Under the pieces are notes generated by a model. It had not been told where the DNA came from, did no database searches, and worked only from the letters and a program-made list of their open reading frames with translations. Both the position numbers and the translations under genes were made by a program. Shown here piece by piece: positions 15,075-29,755 of a stretch of 64,000 nucleotides of DNA. The DNA lies in the NCBI RefSeq assembly GCF_963921235.1, contig NC_086108.1, forward strand, positions 32,056,001 to 32,120,000, in the 5' to 3' direction. Position 1 is the stretch's first letter; every line of letters begins with the position of its first letter. The stretch comes from Mobula hypostoma (taxonomy: Eukaryota).

Positions 15075-18000
15075 CTCCAGATCAAGGTGCACAGCATGCT
15101 ACATATAACTCACACACAACACATCAAGTAATATTACCAAAAAAGTGAACAAATAACAAAGTGCATTTATGTCACAAGTTAAAAAGTAAACAGTGTAACA
15201 ATGTGATATTACTGGCACATCATATATGTTGAGGCCTGGGTGGCAGCAGGGACTTCAGTAATTCTCACGGCCTCAGAGAAAAAGCTGTTTCCCATCCTAA
15301 CAGTCCTTGCCTAAAGCTACGGTACCTCCTGCCTGATGGTTGGGGGTCAAAGAGATTGGACGGATGGGAGGGATCACTGACAATGCTAAGGGCCCTGTGT
15401 ACTCATTGCTCTCAGTAACCCTGATGATCTTCTCAGCATTCTTCACAATCCTGTCGGGTCTTGTGGTCAGATGCCTTGCAATTCCTGTACCAGACAGTGA
15501 TGCAGCTGGTCAGGAGACTCTCAATAGTACTCTTATAAAAATTGGTTAGAATGTGTATGTGGGCAGGGGAAGAGAGGGGTGATCTGAGATCCTCTCTTAC
15601 CTTAATCTCCTTAGGTAGTGGAGGTGCTGCTGTGCTTTCATGACTAACGAGGTGATGTTGAGGGACCAGGTGATATTGTCCATTGTGTACACTCAGAAAC
15701 TTGGTGCTCCTAACTCTCTCCACACAGAGGAGCCATTTATGTGCAAAGAGGAATGGTTAGTCTGCACCTTCCTGAAGTGATCTATTTAGTCTTGTCCACA
15801 TTAAGACTCAAGTTGTTGTGCTTACACCATTCTACCAGTCACTCTACTTCCTCACTATATGCCCTCTCATTGTCATTGTCGTGAGGCCAGCTACCCACTG
15901 TTGTGTCATCCGCGAACAATGATTTGGTTGGAACTGGATCTAGCAGTCATGTGTCAGCAGTGTGAACAGCAGCGGCTGAGGATGCAACCCTGGTGGGAGG
16001 GGTGCTGGTGCTCAGCGTGATGAAGCTAAACATTGTTGCAAACATGGTCTGTCTGTCAAGAAGCCAAAGATCCAGTTACAAAGAAAGGTGTTGAGACCCA
16101 AGAAAGATAGCTTACCCACCATCTTCTGAGGAATGATTGTAGTAAACACTGAGCTGAAGTCGATGAACAGCATCCTGGCGTATAAAGCACCATTTTCTAG
16201 GTGGGACAGGATGGAGTGGAGGCAGAGACTTTGGCATCTTCAGTGCACCAGGTTGAGTGATAAGTGAACTGGAAAAGGTCCAATTAAGCAGGAAGATAGG
16301 ATTTGATGTGATCTATAATGAGCCACTCAAAGCACTTCATTATTGTTGAGGCCAATGCTACTGGACAGCAGTCACGAAGGTAGGTTACCTGCCACCCTCT
16401 TGGGCACCAGTGTCTGCCTTGAAGCCTATGGGGACAGTGAACTGTCCAGAGAGATGCTGAAGATATCTGCCAGAACCTCTGTTAACTGCCTGTGGCAAAG
16501 ATCAGAAATGACAACAATGGACCTAATTCATTCAGCTCCATTATTGCTGCTGAGTTGATGATAATGACAGTGCTTAGTTTTGTTCTCTACAATATGTAGA
16601 AGTTGACTGTATTATATCATAAAGGAGTCAAAGAAAGCTGCTTTGGAGAATCAGACAAAGTTCCAATTCCCCAAATGGGAAAAGTTCAAATCAGTTCTGA
16701 CTGATCTACATCTGACTGTTTTTAATTGAACAGTACCATAGTTTTATTCATTCCCCATAACTTTTTCTCTCAAAGTTTTCGCATCATACTGTGCAAGGTA
16801 TCAGATCAAAATCCTGATACAGCCATAAAGTCAGAAAAAAAGTCTGAATAGCAACTGGGACTAAACATTCTGGAGATTAAAATAAAACAGAAAATGCTCC
16901 AAGAACTCAATAGCTTTGACAAAATCTGTGGGGAAAGAAATGGTCATTGACACAATTCATGTATATTCTGTGAGGAAGGTGACAAAAATACATCCTAACG
17001 TTATTTATCTATTTTGTTAGCCAGAGAATGATGAGTAATTCAGGAGGGAAAGAGGAAATAAAGGATTTCACACGCAATAATTATGTTGAAGCGTCATTGA
17101 CTGGAAACATTAACTGTTTCTCTATGGATGCTGTCTAGTCTGCTGAATTCTTGCAGCATTAGCTGTTTTTATTTTAGAAAACATTTGAATTTTTAACCTC
17201 ACACACAATTCCTGCACAAGTGATATGTGATGACTGACACAAATCTGCTTCAAAATTACATTTCCACTTCTTCATCTAAAGAATACTGAGGTGCACAAGA
17301 GAAAAAAAATCAAAATTTCTACACTTTCATCATAGTTAATATAATAGTTTAAAAGTTACTGTATAGATACAGATTTTTGCATATGCATAGAAGCTGATTG
17401 CACATTTTAATGTGATTTCCAGAGGAAGTTACTGTCCATCAATAAATGTGTTCAGGTACTTTCAAGTGTGATTCATCTTTACTGCATCGCACCTTTTATC
17501 TACTCATCTGTAAACGCTGTCAGCACTTGCAAGCCTCTTCGCCAACTACATAACTCATGATTGTTATTTGCGTTCACAGTAAAATAGACCAAACCCCATC
17601 ATGTTGCTGAGACGTGAATTAAAGATTACTGACTGAAACATCAATATGTACAATTGCCACTGCCTGCCTGAGTTTTTAATGCTCCACATCTCTCACACAG
17701 AATTATTGGGTCTTATAGTAATTTCTGCAGCTTGGCACAGCAGAATTATAGGCAATAATTGCAGAGTGATGAAACTATGCCTTGTATTGATTGAGGACCA
17801 CTGGAGCCTCACAGCTTGATCTGCATATTGGTTGATGGGGGGGCGGGGAGGATAGGGTCAATGATCATCCATACTCCATCTTTTCTCAGAAGATCATAAC
17901 AGTTATCATTGCAGCTGTTCTGGATGCCATCAAGATGCTCCCCAAAGGTTCTGTGTCAATTCCCAGGTCACCCAGAAGCAAAAAAAAAAAGTAGCTGTAA

Positions 18001-19140
18001 CCATTGCTGCCATCGGAAACCACGCAGGTTGTTATTTAATACCGCACTTAGGACGAAAACTGTACAGGAGACTGAAATGATATTTTGTCAATCGCTGCAT
18101 CCTTTGGAGGTCCTCTAATTGGGCATTAGAACTAAACACCATTTAGTGCACTAAATAAGGAGGTAATCCAGTTTCTAGGCTAGCAGCCTAGCTGCATGAG
18201 TATAACCCCAATGATCCTCAAGTGAGGCCATACAGACAAAAAGAAAACAGTTTGGGGAACCAAATTACTATGGCAAATGCCACAGGATGTTATGGATCAG
18301 ATGGTAACTCACTAAAGTGTACATGCTTAGATTTTGGTATGAAATTTTTATTTTGTACAGAAACGATCTGATTTTTTCCTGATTTGTCGATTGATATATG
18401 ATAGATTTTGTTGTAGTCTGTTTGGATTCAATTGCCTTATCAGACAATCTACAAAAAAATTCAGAAGCTGGGGAACTATCACTCAGATGGTTTTTACCCG
18501 GTGTGCCATGTTATAATCAGTGATGCATTGTTCCCACTGGATGCAGAAATCACAGCTGCTGTATCTTTACTGGTAGGATCTATGAGAAGTGTGCTTTCAC
18601 CTCTTACAGAGAATGATCTGCTCTAATTAAGTCTCTTACTGAACACAATGTGCTTTGCAATTTTGATATATTAAACTTGGAACAGGCAAGTAATAATTCT
18701 GCTCTCAGTAATCTACTATGTGAATAAACATTTAAAGAGCCTATGTACTACCAGTTGAAATTAATTTCCAGCTGATGTGTTTGCAAGCCAGGATTACTGG
18801 GTTTTCAGAAAATTTGCAAGTGAAGGTGTAGTACCAAAAAAGTTGGGGCTTGACAGTTCTTTAATGATTTGTGAGCCCATTAAGTGCTCCAGTGGCCCCT
18901 GACCCAACATAGATATCAAATTCCATGATTACCTCACCAACTTCCCACACTGCTTTTGTTAAGAATCCCCCTTTGCTCTGCTACCACATTGCTTTTACCC
19001 TGGCACCCAGAAAGCAAACTGGCTGGAAAATCCCATAAAACTTTACTTGGCATTGAATTCATCAGGACCAGTCTAAAATCTGTATTTCTGGGTTTTGCAA
19101 TTGAATTATTCCCCAACACCACCATCACACAATTATTTTT

Positions 19141-20172
19141 AGAATCATAGAAATCTACAGCACATTACAGGCCATTTGGCCCACAATGTTGTGCCGACCA
19201 TGTAACCTACTCTAGAAACCACCTAGAATTACCCTACCATATAATGCTCTATTTTTCTAACCTCCATGTACCTATCCAAGAGTCACTTAAAAGACCCTAT
19301 TTACTTGCCTCTATCACTGCCGCCGACACTGAATTCCACACACCCACCACTCTCTGTGTAAAAAAACTTACCTCTGACACCCCCCTTATACCTACTTACA
19401 AGCACCTTAAAACTATGCCCCCTCATGTTAGCCATTTCAGCCCTGTAAAAAAGCCGCTGGCTATCCACATGATCCATGCCTCTCATCACCTTATACACCT
19501 CTATCAGGTCATCTCTCATCCTCTGTCGTCCCAAGGAGAAAAGGCCAAGTTCACTCAGCCTATTCTCATAAGGCATGTTTTCCATTCCAGGCAACATCCT
19601 TGTAAATCTCCTCTGCACTCTCTATATAGTATCCACATCTTCCCTGTAGTGAGCTGACCAGAACTGAACACAGTACTCCAAGTGCGGTCTAGCTAAGGTC
19701 TTACATAGCTTTAACATTACCTCATGGCTCTTGAATTCAATCCCACGGTTGATGATAGCCATCACACCATATGCCTTCTTAACAACACTGTTAACCTGCG
19801 CAGCAGCTTTGAATATCCCATGGACACGGACCCCAAGATCTCACTGATCCTCCACACTGCCAAGAGTCTTACCATTAATATTATATTCTGTCTTCAAATT
19901 TGACCTACCGAAGTGAACACTTATCTGGGTTGAACTCCATCTGCCACTTCTCAACCCAGTTCTGCATCCTATTGATGTCGCACTGTAACCTCCGACAGCC
20001 CTCCAGACTATCTAAAACACCCCCAACTTTTGTGTCATCAGCAAACTAATTAACCACTCTTCTACCACCTCATCCAGGTTATTTATAAAATCACAAAGAG
20101 GAGGGGTCCCAGAACAGATTGCTGCTGAACACCACTGGTCACCATCCTCCACGCAGAATACAAACCATCTAC
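19141..20172 (-). mobile_element. CR1-like LINE 3' fragment
   Basis: QRRFTRMLPG...DLIEVYKVMRG on the minus strand; tail at the left end. Confidence 0.9.
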
Positions 20173-20679
20173 TGAGCTTGAAACATGAAATCTGATGTGT
20201 TGTCTGTATTGAAAACCTCAAAGAAGCAAGGTAAATGAGGGAAACCTCAGCAGATCAGTAGTCTTCATGTAGACACAACTGGCATTTCAGAGAAGTGAAT
20301 TTTCATTAGGGAAATTTCAGGTTGAATGTCAGAGCTCATACTTTCATATACATGCCGATACAAGAAAATGTTTTTTTAATCACTGCTGACAAAGGAAGTC
20401 TCCTCTGGCAGGTATACTTACCCATGAAAGTAAAAGTAATATATTGTTTTTGAATAGGGGATGTGACTGTTACTCCAAAGGCTAGTGCTAATTTTCATTC
20501 TATAACTCCTTTGATAAGATGGTAAGGTATTTCCTGACTTCAACTACTAAACCTCTACTTTTGATTCAGATTAGTTTCAATTTTACAAGTTTCTCAATAC
20601 TTCATCATTCAAGTAAATACAGATATATTCTTAGCATCTGTACATAGTCTGTAGATAGAAACAGAGTCTATAGAATTGA

Positions 20680-22380
20680 AGTGGCATCAACTTCATGGAC
20701 CCTGTACAGATTACAGAGGAGGAGGTGTTTGCTATCCTGAGGCAATCAGGGTGGATAAATGCCCAGGACCTGACAAGGTGTTCCCTCAGACTCTACGGGA
20801 GGCAACAGCAGAAATTGCCTGGCCCTAGCAGAGATATTTAAAACATCCTTAGAGATAGTTGAGATACAAGAGGATTAGAGGTGTTCCACTATTTTAAAAA
20901 AGGCTCTAAACAGAAACCAGGAAATTATTGGCCAGTGAGTCTAACATCAATTGTGGGAAAGTTATTGGAAGGTATTCTAAGTGACCTGATATACAAGGTA
21001 TTTGGATAGACACAGGATAGTCAGCATACCTTTGTGTGTTCATATCTAACTGATCTTATAGAGGAAGTTACTAGGAAAGTGGATGAAAGCAAGGAAATGG
21101 ATCTTATCTACATGGACTTTAGTAAAACATTTGACAGTGTCCTGCATGGGCGGCTGGTCAAGAAGGTTCAGTCGCTCGACATTTAGGATGAGGTAGTATA
21201 AAGTAGATTGGACATTGGCTTTGTGGGAGAAGCCAGCGAGTGGTTGTAGAGGTCCAATCACAAACAAAAGAAAATCTGTAGATGCTGGAAATCCAAGCAA
21301 CCACGCATAAATGCTGGAGGAATTCAGCAGGCCAGACAGCATCTCTCTGACTGGAGGCCTGTGACTAGTGGTATGCCATAGGGATCGGTGCTGGGTCCTT
21401 TGGTGTTTGACATCTATTTCAATGCTCTGGATGATAATGTGGTTAACTGGATCAGCAAACTCGCCGATGGCACCAAGATCAGAGGTGGATAGTGAGGAAG
21501 GCTATCATGGCTTGTAGTAGGATCTGCATCAGCTGGAAAAAATGGGCTGAAAAATAGCAGATGGAATATAATGCAGACAAGTGCAAGGTTTTGCACTTCG
21601 GTAGGACTAAACAGGGTAGGTTTTATACAGTGAACGGTAGGGCATTGAGGAGTGTGGCAGAACAGAGATCTGGGAATACAGGTACATAATTCATTGAAAG
21701 TGACGTCACAGGTACATAGGGTCATAAGAAAAGCTTCTGGCACATTGACCTCCATAAATCAATGTATTGAGTACAGAAGATGGGATGTTATGTTGAAGTT
21801 GTACAAGACATTGGTGAGGTCTAATTTGAAGTAGTGTGTGCAGTTTTGGTCACCTACCTACAGGAAAGATCTGAAAAAGGTTGAAAGAGTGCAGAGAAAA
21901 TTTACAAGGATGTTGCTGGGTCTGGAGTACCTGAGTTACAAGGAAAGAATGAATAGGTTAAGAAGGTATTCTTTAGAAGGTAGAAGACTGAGAGATTTGA
22001 TAGAGGTACACAAAATTATGAGGGGTATAGATGGGATAAATGCAAGCAGACTTTTTCCACTGAGGTTGGGGGGGGCGGGGGAGGGGAATACAACCAGAGG
22101 TCATAGGTTAAGGGTGGAAGGTGAAAAGTTTAAAGGGAACATGAAGAGAAACCTCTTCACTCGGAAGGTCATGAGAGTATGGAATGAGCTGGAAGCACAA
22201 ATGGTCCATGTAAGCTCAACTTCAACATTTAGGAGAAGCTTAGATAGGTACAAGGATAATAGGGTTATGGTAGACTATGGTTCTAATGCAGGTCATTAGG
22301 AGTAGGCAGTTTAAATGGTTTTTGGCATGGACTAGATGGGCTGAAGGGCCTGTTTCTGAGTTATACTTCTTTATGACTAT
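20680..22380 (+). mobile_element. CR1-like LINE ORF2 fragment with a short Penelope pLTR piece at about 21257-21345
   Basis: IYMDFSKTFD, VQFWSPTYRKD and VQRKFTRMLLG motifs, with many frameshifts. Confidence 0.88.
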
Positions 22381-24984
22381 CAAATGCTACCCTGATGTCA
22401 AAATGATACCAAGGAGGACTAATGGAATGCTTCTCAACATGAACACACTTGCAGAAAAGTTAGAAAGTTAATTACTTTTGCTTAATCTTTACAGACATAA
22501 AACTGGTTAATCCACAATGCCAAAGTCTGTTGAACAACTGGATGTCCTTCCAGAATTCAACATGGCAAACACATGTAACTTGTTCATGCTTTACTGCCTG
22601 CAAACTGTGCTGCAACAGGTGAACAATTCTGTTTATTGATCAAAGATGGCTGAATAAGGTCACAAGATGCATGCAACCCTGCATTAAAGAGACCAAACTC
22701 TCAAAATAGTGGGGAAGTAGAATTTCTTTTTTCTTACCAATGAAGAACTAAAATCAGTGGAACCAAATTCCAGAAGAGATATACTATGGGTATGTATGCT
22801 CTAGGGCCTATTTAGCACAAGTGATTCAAGATAAAATAATGCATGGAGTATTGACATAATAGGAAAACAGTGAGAACTAAATTCAAACATAGTTAAATAT
22901 GGAATGAGTCAGTCAGTGCAAAACAGTTTCTTTTCCATAGTTTCTTTCCCTCTTGCTAATTACACTGAAGGCAAACTCAACTTTGACTTTGAGGCACACC
23001 CAGACTGTTTTCCCAAATGTATCACCAGATGTAATTAGAATAAAACATTTTAGTTAGTTCTTTCATAACTTTTAACAGAAATCCAAAATGTGACACTCTT
23101 TTATTAAGCCACATGCTCCTGCCAACCTTTGTTGTAATATTTTGCAAGAGATCCTGAGCGAACTAGCAATGGGGGCTTCAAAGGTTCGCCTTGGCACAGC
23201 CACTATGTATTTTTTTCACAATGCCTTTCCAAAAATATATTTAAAAAGATGCAGATGTACATAATTCCAAGTTAGCAGGTCTGTTTTTGAAGATGAGGAA
23301 CATAAAGGATTTCTATGCAACATGAGAAACAAAATTGTGCATAATTACACAGAAGGAATATGTCTCTGGATGTTCACTTGATTATGGCTAAACAACTTAG
23401 ATTTTAACATCAGCATTTGAATTATGCTGCATTAAAACTGCACTTTCTGCTTTCAAATAAAGTTTTCTATTGAAAGTAAATAAATTGCCTTGTTTCTGTA
23501 CCATTTAGATGAGCTTGATTAGATTGTGATACCATCAAGGGAATTTACAGGGTCCTTATGATGTAATGATGACTGACAGCTGCAATGTGTTGTACCACTA
23601 GAAAATTAGAAGCACCTGTTTATAACGTAAAATGGGAAATTTCAGAGACATAACTTTTCAACAATTTGACAAAGCAGTGATTGGAAGGATCTGAATGTTA
23701 TGCAACATTCATATATTGCACTGCAGAAATTGCATTCAGTTTATATCAGGAGGATCTTAACTGAATCCAACAGCTTATAGTTTACATATGTGAGACTTTT
23801 CAACTTTGTTGTGTGACAGAAAATTTCAGAGAATTCTGTAACACAGAAAATGGCCACTCCTCTCAGCCCAATTGGTCTATGCCTGTCTTAACATCTCACA
23901 TTAGGCTCTTACCATTTTAATTCATCTTACTAAAAAGTCAATTAAATTCTCAAATACAAACTCAGCTATATTTCTAAAAGGCTTCTATATTCACCTTAGC
24001 TATTTCTTCTTGCAACATGCTCCAGATTCAAACCACTCTCTGGGTAATGCAATAGGATTTGTGATTGATTGAATCAGCCTAAAATTGTAGTAATTTCTAT
24101 AACTAAATGGTTAACCCTATTTATCATTAAAAAGGCCTTTTTTGCATCATGTTGTCCTGTTTCTAGAGAACATGCTTCATTTTGTGTTTACTCCCATGTT
24201 TTCTCCATTCAGTAATGTCTACTTCAATTCTGACAGAGTATCATCCAATTTCCTCCATTTAGGGTGCCATCTTCAATTTCACCCTTTAATGTGATCCTCC
24301 TCTTTTATTAAATGCTTCCCCCAGCCCCATTGATTGTACTCTCCACAAACACACTACTAACTGGTGTCCTTCCAATTTCTCCATTTCTTTCAAATTCAGA
24401 ATACTGCAGGCACTGAAAACCTGAAATAAAACTAGAAAATGCTAGTAAAAGCACATCACACAGCATTGTGGTAAGGGAAATAGAATTCATGTTTCTGTTT
24501 GATGACCATTCATCAAGAAGGTCTGATCACAGAGGTCAACAGCTCCCAAAGTTCCTCCATTTCTTTAACTGGTCTTATTAAGCACTCTTTTTGACATGCA
24601 ATCACTATTGCTTCCAGAATGTTTCTCTTACTTTTCTTCCCGTTCTACTTATCTCCTGTTCTGTATTAACTCGAAAGCTGTTCACTTCTATGGTCTCTTG
24701 TTTTGACGAAAGGTTATCGAACTAAATTCAGGATGAGGCAATTTGAATTTCAAAAGCTCAGGAGTCTGGTTCAAGTAGAATATAAAAATATTTGAAATCT
24801 TACCTTTCTCATAATTCATGTTTTAAAAAGGAAAACTTTCTTGGATTTCTATTATATTCTTAAATGATCTCTACAGTGCTTGAACACATCGTGTACTCTT
24901 TGTACAACAACTGCTGCAATATACATTCCCACAAAATGCAATATGAAGGTGATGTTTGAGCTATGATAGGCAGATACAGTAGAG

Positions 24985-27341
24985 CAGGGTTCCCCAATTA
25001 GTTTTCCACAAGGGCCAAATTATGTCAAGCATGCCAAGCCAAGAGCCAAAACGTCCAGCGTTTTTTTTCATTGTGCCAGTAAGTTGTTTTATGGGCAGAT
25101 GTTGCTGTTGGTGGTGGTGGTGGTGGTAGCAGCAGTGGTAGCAGCAGCAGTAGCAGTAGTAGTAGTAGTGGTAGTAGTAGTAACTTAGACCTGGGATTCT
25201 CAAAGCCTGTGTTGTAGGTCACACAAGGAAAAAAAATGCACTCTTGAAACAAAATATGTCCAAAACCGACCATTTAATTATGACTCTAGCTATCACAGCT
25301 GTCAGCTGTCACATTGAGAGCTCAAATGGGACTTAAAATACATACATACATACACACACACACATACACACCGTAAACATGGTAGTCTTCACCACTTCTC
25401 TTCCACACAAAGAACACTTCTCTCCCACGCGGAGTTTTAGTAGTACTGCTTTTTCCACTGTTTCTGTTCTCTCATTTAATCTATTTGTTCTTTTTAATTA
25501 AGCTATGTAGCATTTGAAGTATGAAGTGTAGCTATAAATGAAATTATCAGTATGATTGCAGCTGCAAAAGTATTATACCACAGTAAGATTGACAAATGGA
25601 CAAAAATAAATTGATTCACTCACCAATCAGTCACAGAAGTGACAGCAACGTGATGAGGCAATCCTTCTGATGTCGGGCCTGTAGTCTGTTGTGGCAATCC
25701 TGAGGCACTGGGCAAAATGTGCATTGGAGAGTCTGTTTCTGTCCTGCTTCTTGATAGAGTTCATTGAAGAAAACGATGACTCACATATGTACGTGGAGGG
25801 GAACAGTGTGAGTAGGAGCATTGCAACAGCTCTCGTGTTTTTGAATTGAGCTTGGGGAACCACGTTGATCCAAAAGTCACTCATCCCAACGTTCTTGTAT
25901 TGTGCTTTGAGCAAATCAGATGTTCCCATTTCCAAGACCTCCATCTGAAGAGTTGCCTCATCTATGGAAGGCACCAGCCTTTTGGCCTCGGCAGTCCACT
26001 GGCTGTCAGCCGAAACGGAGAACGGCTGTCTCAGGAAGAGGAGGATGTCACCTGAGAGTTTAGGGGAGCTTTCAAATTGTTCCCTGAAGTTATCTGCCAG
26101 GCTCGTCACGAAATCCTTCATCACTGGATCCTCCTGCATTTCGTTCTTCTCGCAACGCTCCCGCAGAAGTGGAAAGTGCAACTTTCTCCCGTGAATGTCT
26201 CTCTCAAAAAGGTTCAGCTTTGACCAGAAAGCTTCAATTACATTGTACATTCAAAGTACATTATCCACAACAGTGTGGTTGTTGCCTTGTAATTGCAGAT
26301 TAAATTGATTTAGATGAGACATGATGTCACACAAAAATAGAACATGTGCCATCACCTTATTGTCACTTAAAAACCTCTTAAATCCTTGGGCTTTTTGGTT
26401 ATGCAGGCTGGATAAAAATGACACAAGCTCATCGTGCATGTCGCACACCCTTTCGAACACACGGCCTTTGCTCAGCCAGTGAACATCATTATGCAGCAAA
26501 AGATCTTTGCGTTCCGCTGACATTTCCTCCAGCAATGCTCTGAAAAGGCGATGTTACAGACTAGAACTCTCACGAATGAAATTTACCAGTCTCGTCACAG
26601 TATCCATCGCCTCTTTCATTTCCCACACAGTTTAGTGCACATCACTGATTTGTGAATAATGCAATGAAATGCCAAGAGTGCTGGGTTAACAGCAGCAACC
26701 TGCTTATCAAGCCTTTGTGTTGTCCCACCATCGACGGAGCCTCATCGGTGACAACGGGCACAATTTTGCTCACATCAAAGCCATTCTTCTCAAAGAACTG
26801 TCAATTTGTTAAAAATTATTTCCCCAGTTGTGCGCCCAGGCAGAGGAAGCAAACAAAGTAGCTCTTCCCGAAAGGTCTTCTCATCAAAAAATCTTGCGAA
26901 CACAGATAGCTCTTCCATATTGGTTTGGTCACAGGATGAGTCTATGGCTAGTGATATGGCTTCTGCTTTCTCCAAATCGGTGAGCAGATTGGGAAAAACA
27001 CTCCTCCGCTAAAACTTCTACTCTTCTTGTTGCCGTGTTAGTCGACAATGGCACCGTCTTTAATAGCTCCACAACCGCTTTCTTGGTTTTCTCATCATGG
27101 CTTAAAACTTCGCCAACCATGTCAATTGCACACGTTTTAATCAACTCGGCGTCACCTGCTCTACGGGGGCGTAGGTCAAGTGTATAGTGTGGGATGAGGT
27201 TAAAATAAATTAGAGCAGTGCGCGCTTTATTTACATGTTATGACAGGTGCATTCACGTAAGTGCCAATGGGTCAGCGCAGTCCAGGTATTTGGTTCTCGC
27301 GGTCCAGACCTGCCCCACGGTCTGCCTATTGGGGTTGTCTG
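24985..27341 (-). mobile_element. hAT DNA transposon (SPIN/GTF2IRD2/Buster-like), internally deleted and frameshifted
   Basis: Perfect 8-bp TSD CAGTAGAG (24977-24984 and 27342-27349); imperfect TIRs CAGGGTTCCCCAAT / CAGACAACCCCAAT; transposase pieces VPLSTNTATRRV, SLAIDSSCD, LLHNDVHWLSKG and FPSTYICESSFS. Confidence 0.92.
25098..25182. repeat. Compound trinucleotide microsatellite (GTG/GCA/GTA)n
   Basis: Directly visible; lies inside the hAT. Confidence 0.9.
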
Positions 27342-29049
27342 CAGTAGAGAACACACATAGGCAGGGACCTTTATATACCCCTCTATCAACATCTCTGAAA
27401 CTTCAAAGCTGTTTTGCAAATTACAGTCATACCAGATCTTCTGTGCACTTAAGAAAATAGATTTGGCTTTGGTTGGACCTCTCGTCCAATGCACTGAACT
27501 TGGACTGTGAACACTCAATTTTATTTGCAAGGCTTGAACCCAGAATTTTCTGATTCAGGTAAAAGTGGTATAAGGCCATTCAGCATTTTGGGTCAAAACC
27601 CTTCATCTATACAGGTGGAGTGTCTCAACCCAAGACAATGAGTGTCTATTTCCCTCCACTGATGCTGCCTGACATGCTGAGTTCCTCCAGCATTTTGTGT
27701 ATTGTTTCAAATTTTAGCATCTGCAGTCTTTTGTGTCTCCAGGTGAAGGTGGTGCCTGCCCACAAGGACTCCATTCACTCTCTGTGAATGGACTACAACC
27801 AGAATCCAGCAACAACATCCATGACTTCCATCTCTGCTTCCACTTTTTCATCCCCTGTATTCATCATTAATCCTTACAATATTGCACCATACTGAAGCCA
27901 CATCATCAGTTATCCATCCTCTATATTACTCACTTTACAAGTTCCCAATTGCACTTGATCAATACACGACCTGAACTCCCAAAAAAAATCACTCCTACAA
28001 ATGCATTAAGTATCCCTTCAAAACACATTATGATATAAATTCAACATGAAAATCTGCTTTTAGATTTGTAAATCTGTCAGCTTCTTGCTTTGCATTTCAG
28101 AAAATCTGACACAAGCACAATACTGTTCTTTCAGATTAAAAAAAACTAATATTAAATTTAATTAATGGCATCAATTTAATGAATGGTACAGAGCTCCCTA
28201 ATATGAAACAATGTTATGTAGCATTACTTTTACAACTTTCTGAAACGTGGTGAAGTAACTAACAAATTCCCTTTTCCTTACTTCCTATAAACCCAAAGCA
28301 ATTCTATTACTGAATGATGGGGATGGAAGTTCCAAACCATACCCTGATCAGAATAAGCTTCATCTACATTTCCAAAAGCAGCTCCAAATTTCATCCAATG
28401 GGCAGTTTTACCTGTTATAACCCCTCCAAGAGCTCAATCACCTCCTTTTTCTGATCAACTCCGTCTTTCCTTTTTCATATATTACCCTGCCTTCCCCCAA
28501 CCACACAAATATCATAAGATCCTGGGAAGAAAACTCTCCCCCAGAGTGTGCCAACACAAATTTACTCATTTAATCAACTTGAGGTGATTCTCACTCTCTG
28601 ACCTTTAAGTCTTATTGCAATGCTTTAAGAGCCTCCATCTGTGGCTCTGACACTACCTTGCTCCCTTCAAAAATTACCTCAGCCTCAAGAATGGATTCTT
28701 CATGTGCCCTCTTTCACTGGCTCATAACTAATAATATTTTTTCTCCAAGGTACTTCTATTCTTTTCTCCTAAAGCTCCAAACAAATTTGTTTTTCACCCT
28801 GCCCATAGAACTGAAATCATCCTGGCAAAAATCACTAATGTCATTCAGAATGCTTGCAATTGCAAGTAACTCATCCTCCCTTATTTTCCTCAATCTTTTC
28901 ACAATGTTCAAAACAGTTAATTTACAGTGTGTAGGGTTACTCAAATACAGTATTATTCTTCTGGCAGAACTTAGTCAAGATGGATCTAAATGGTGATTCC
29001 TTTGCTTGCATCTTCAGAAACAGTTCTATTTCTACCTTTTATATCTCTA

Positions 29050-29755
29050 TTTTTCCTTTTCAGAGTTCTTTTGAAGACCCTGACCTGGAGTTACATGCTG
29101 ACCTCGGTTCTTTGCAGGAATGGGACCTACTCTCGGGGTGTCATGACTGGCCGTTATCCAACATGCCAAGGGCATGGCCTTAAGAGTTCAGCTCACCTTT
29201 GGAGGCCTAGGATCTCGGGGCTCTGGAGATGGGTGGATTGAAGGTTGGTGTCCTGTACCAGTGAGTCGTGGGAGCTGGAAGATCTTTGGTTGTGTGCCCA
29301 GAGACCTGAGATTTTCGGGCACAGAGCTCAGAAAAAGCAACACAACAGACTTTTAACATCGTAAACCAGCGAGTTGTTTATTGTGTCTCCCCTCTCGCTG
29401 TGAAATAGAGACATCTCTTTCTCCCTTATAAGAGAGAGAACCTGTGGTATGTCAAATACCGGGTGAACGTGTAGTCTTTGGAGTAGTGCAAGTTTGAGTC
29501 TTTGCTGAACACTTGAGTGCTCGGTGGTGGGTGCCGGTGCTTTTTTTTTTGTCCGGGGGGGGATCATGGCTTGCTACCGTTTACTCGCAAAAGGGAGGGG
29601 AGCTGGGGGGGGGACTTTGGGGTTCTAACTTTTAACTGTCATTCATTCTTTGGGGCACTCCTCTGTTTTCATGGATGGTTGCTAAGAAAAAGCATTTCAG
29701 GATGTATATTGTATACATCTCTCTGACATTAAATGCACCTTTGAAACCTTTGAAT
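29050..29755 (+). mobile_element. Unclassified interspersed repeat, probably a LINE 3' UTR/tail
   Basis: GC-richer block ending in ATTAAA and a short repeated tail (cctttgaaacctttgaa); no clear coding motif. Confidence 0.4.

Larger units (their letters stand above)
13427..16497 (-). mobile_element. Decayed Rex1/Babar-like LINE hosting a hAT MITE
   Basis: 3' tail tcaagttcaagtttattgtcat at the left end; minus-strand fragments LTNFYKSTIESLLTSCITVWY and [12 protein letters not shown]; interrupted at 13498-15074. Confidence 0.7.

Noticed and set aside
24961..25273. His/Tyr/Leu/Pro-rich ORFs
   Set aside because: They are translations of a trinucleotide microsatellite.
25627..27144. Domesticated ZBED/GTF2IRD2-like gene
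   Set aside because: It is broken by frameshifts and stops, lacks the N-terminus, and is still bounded by TIRs and a TSD.
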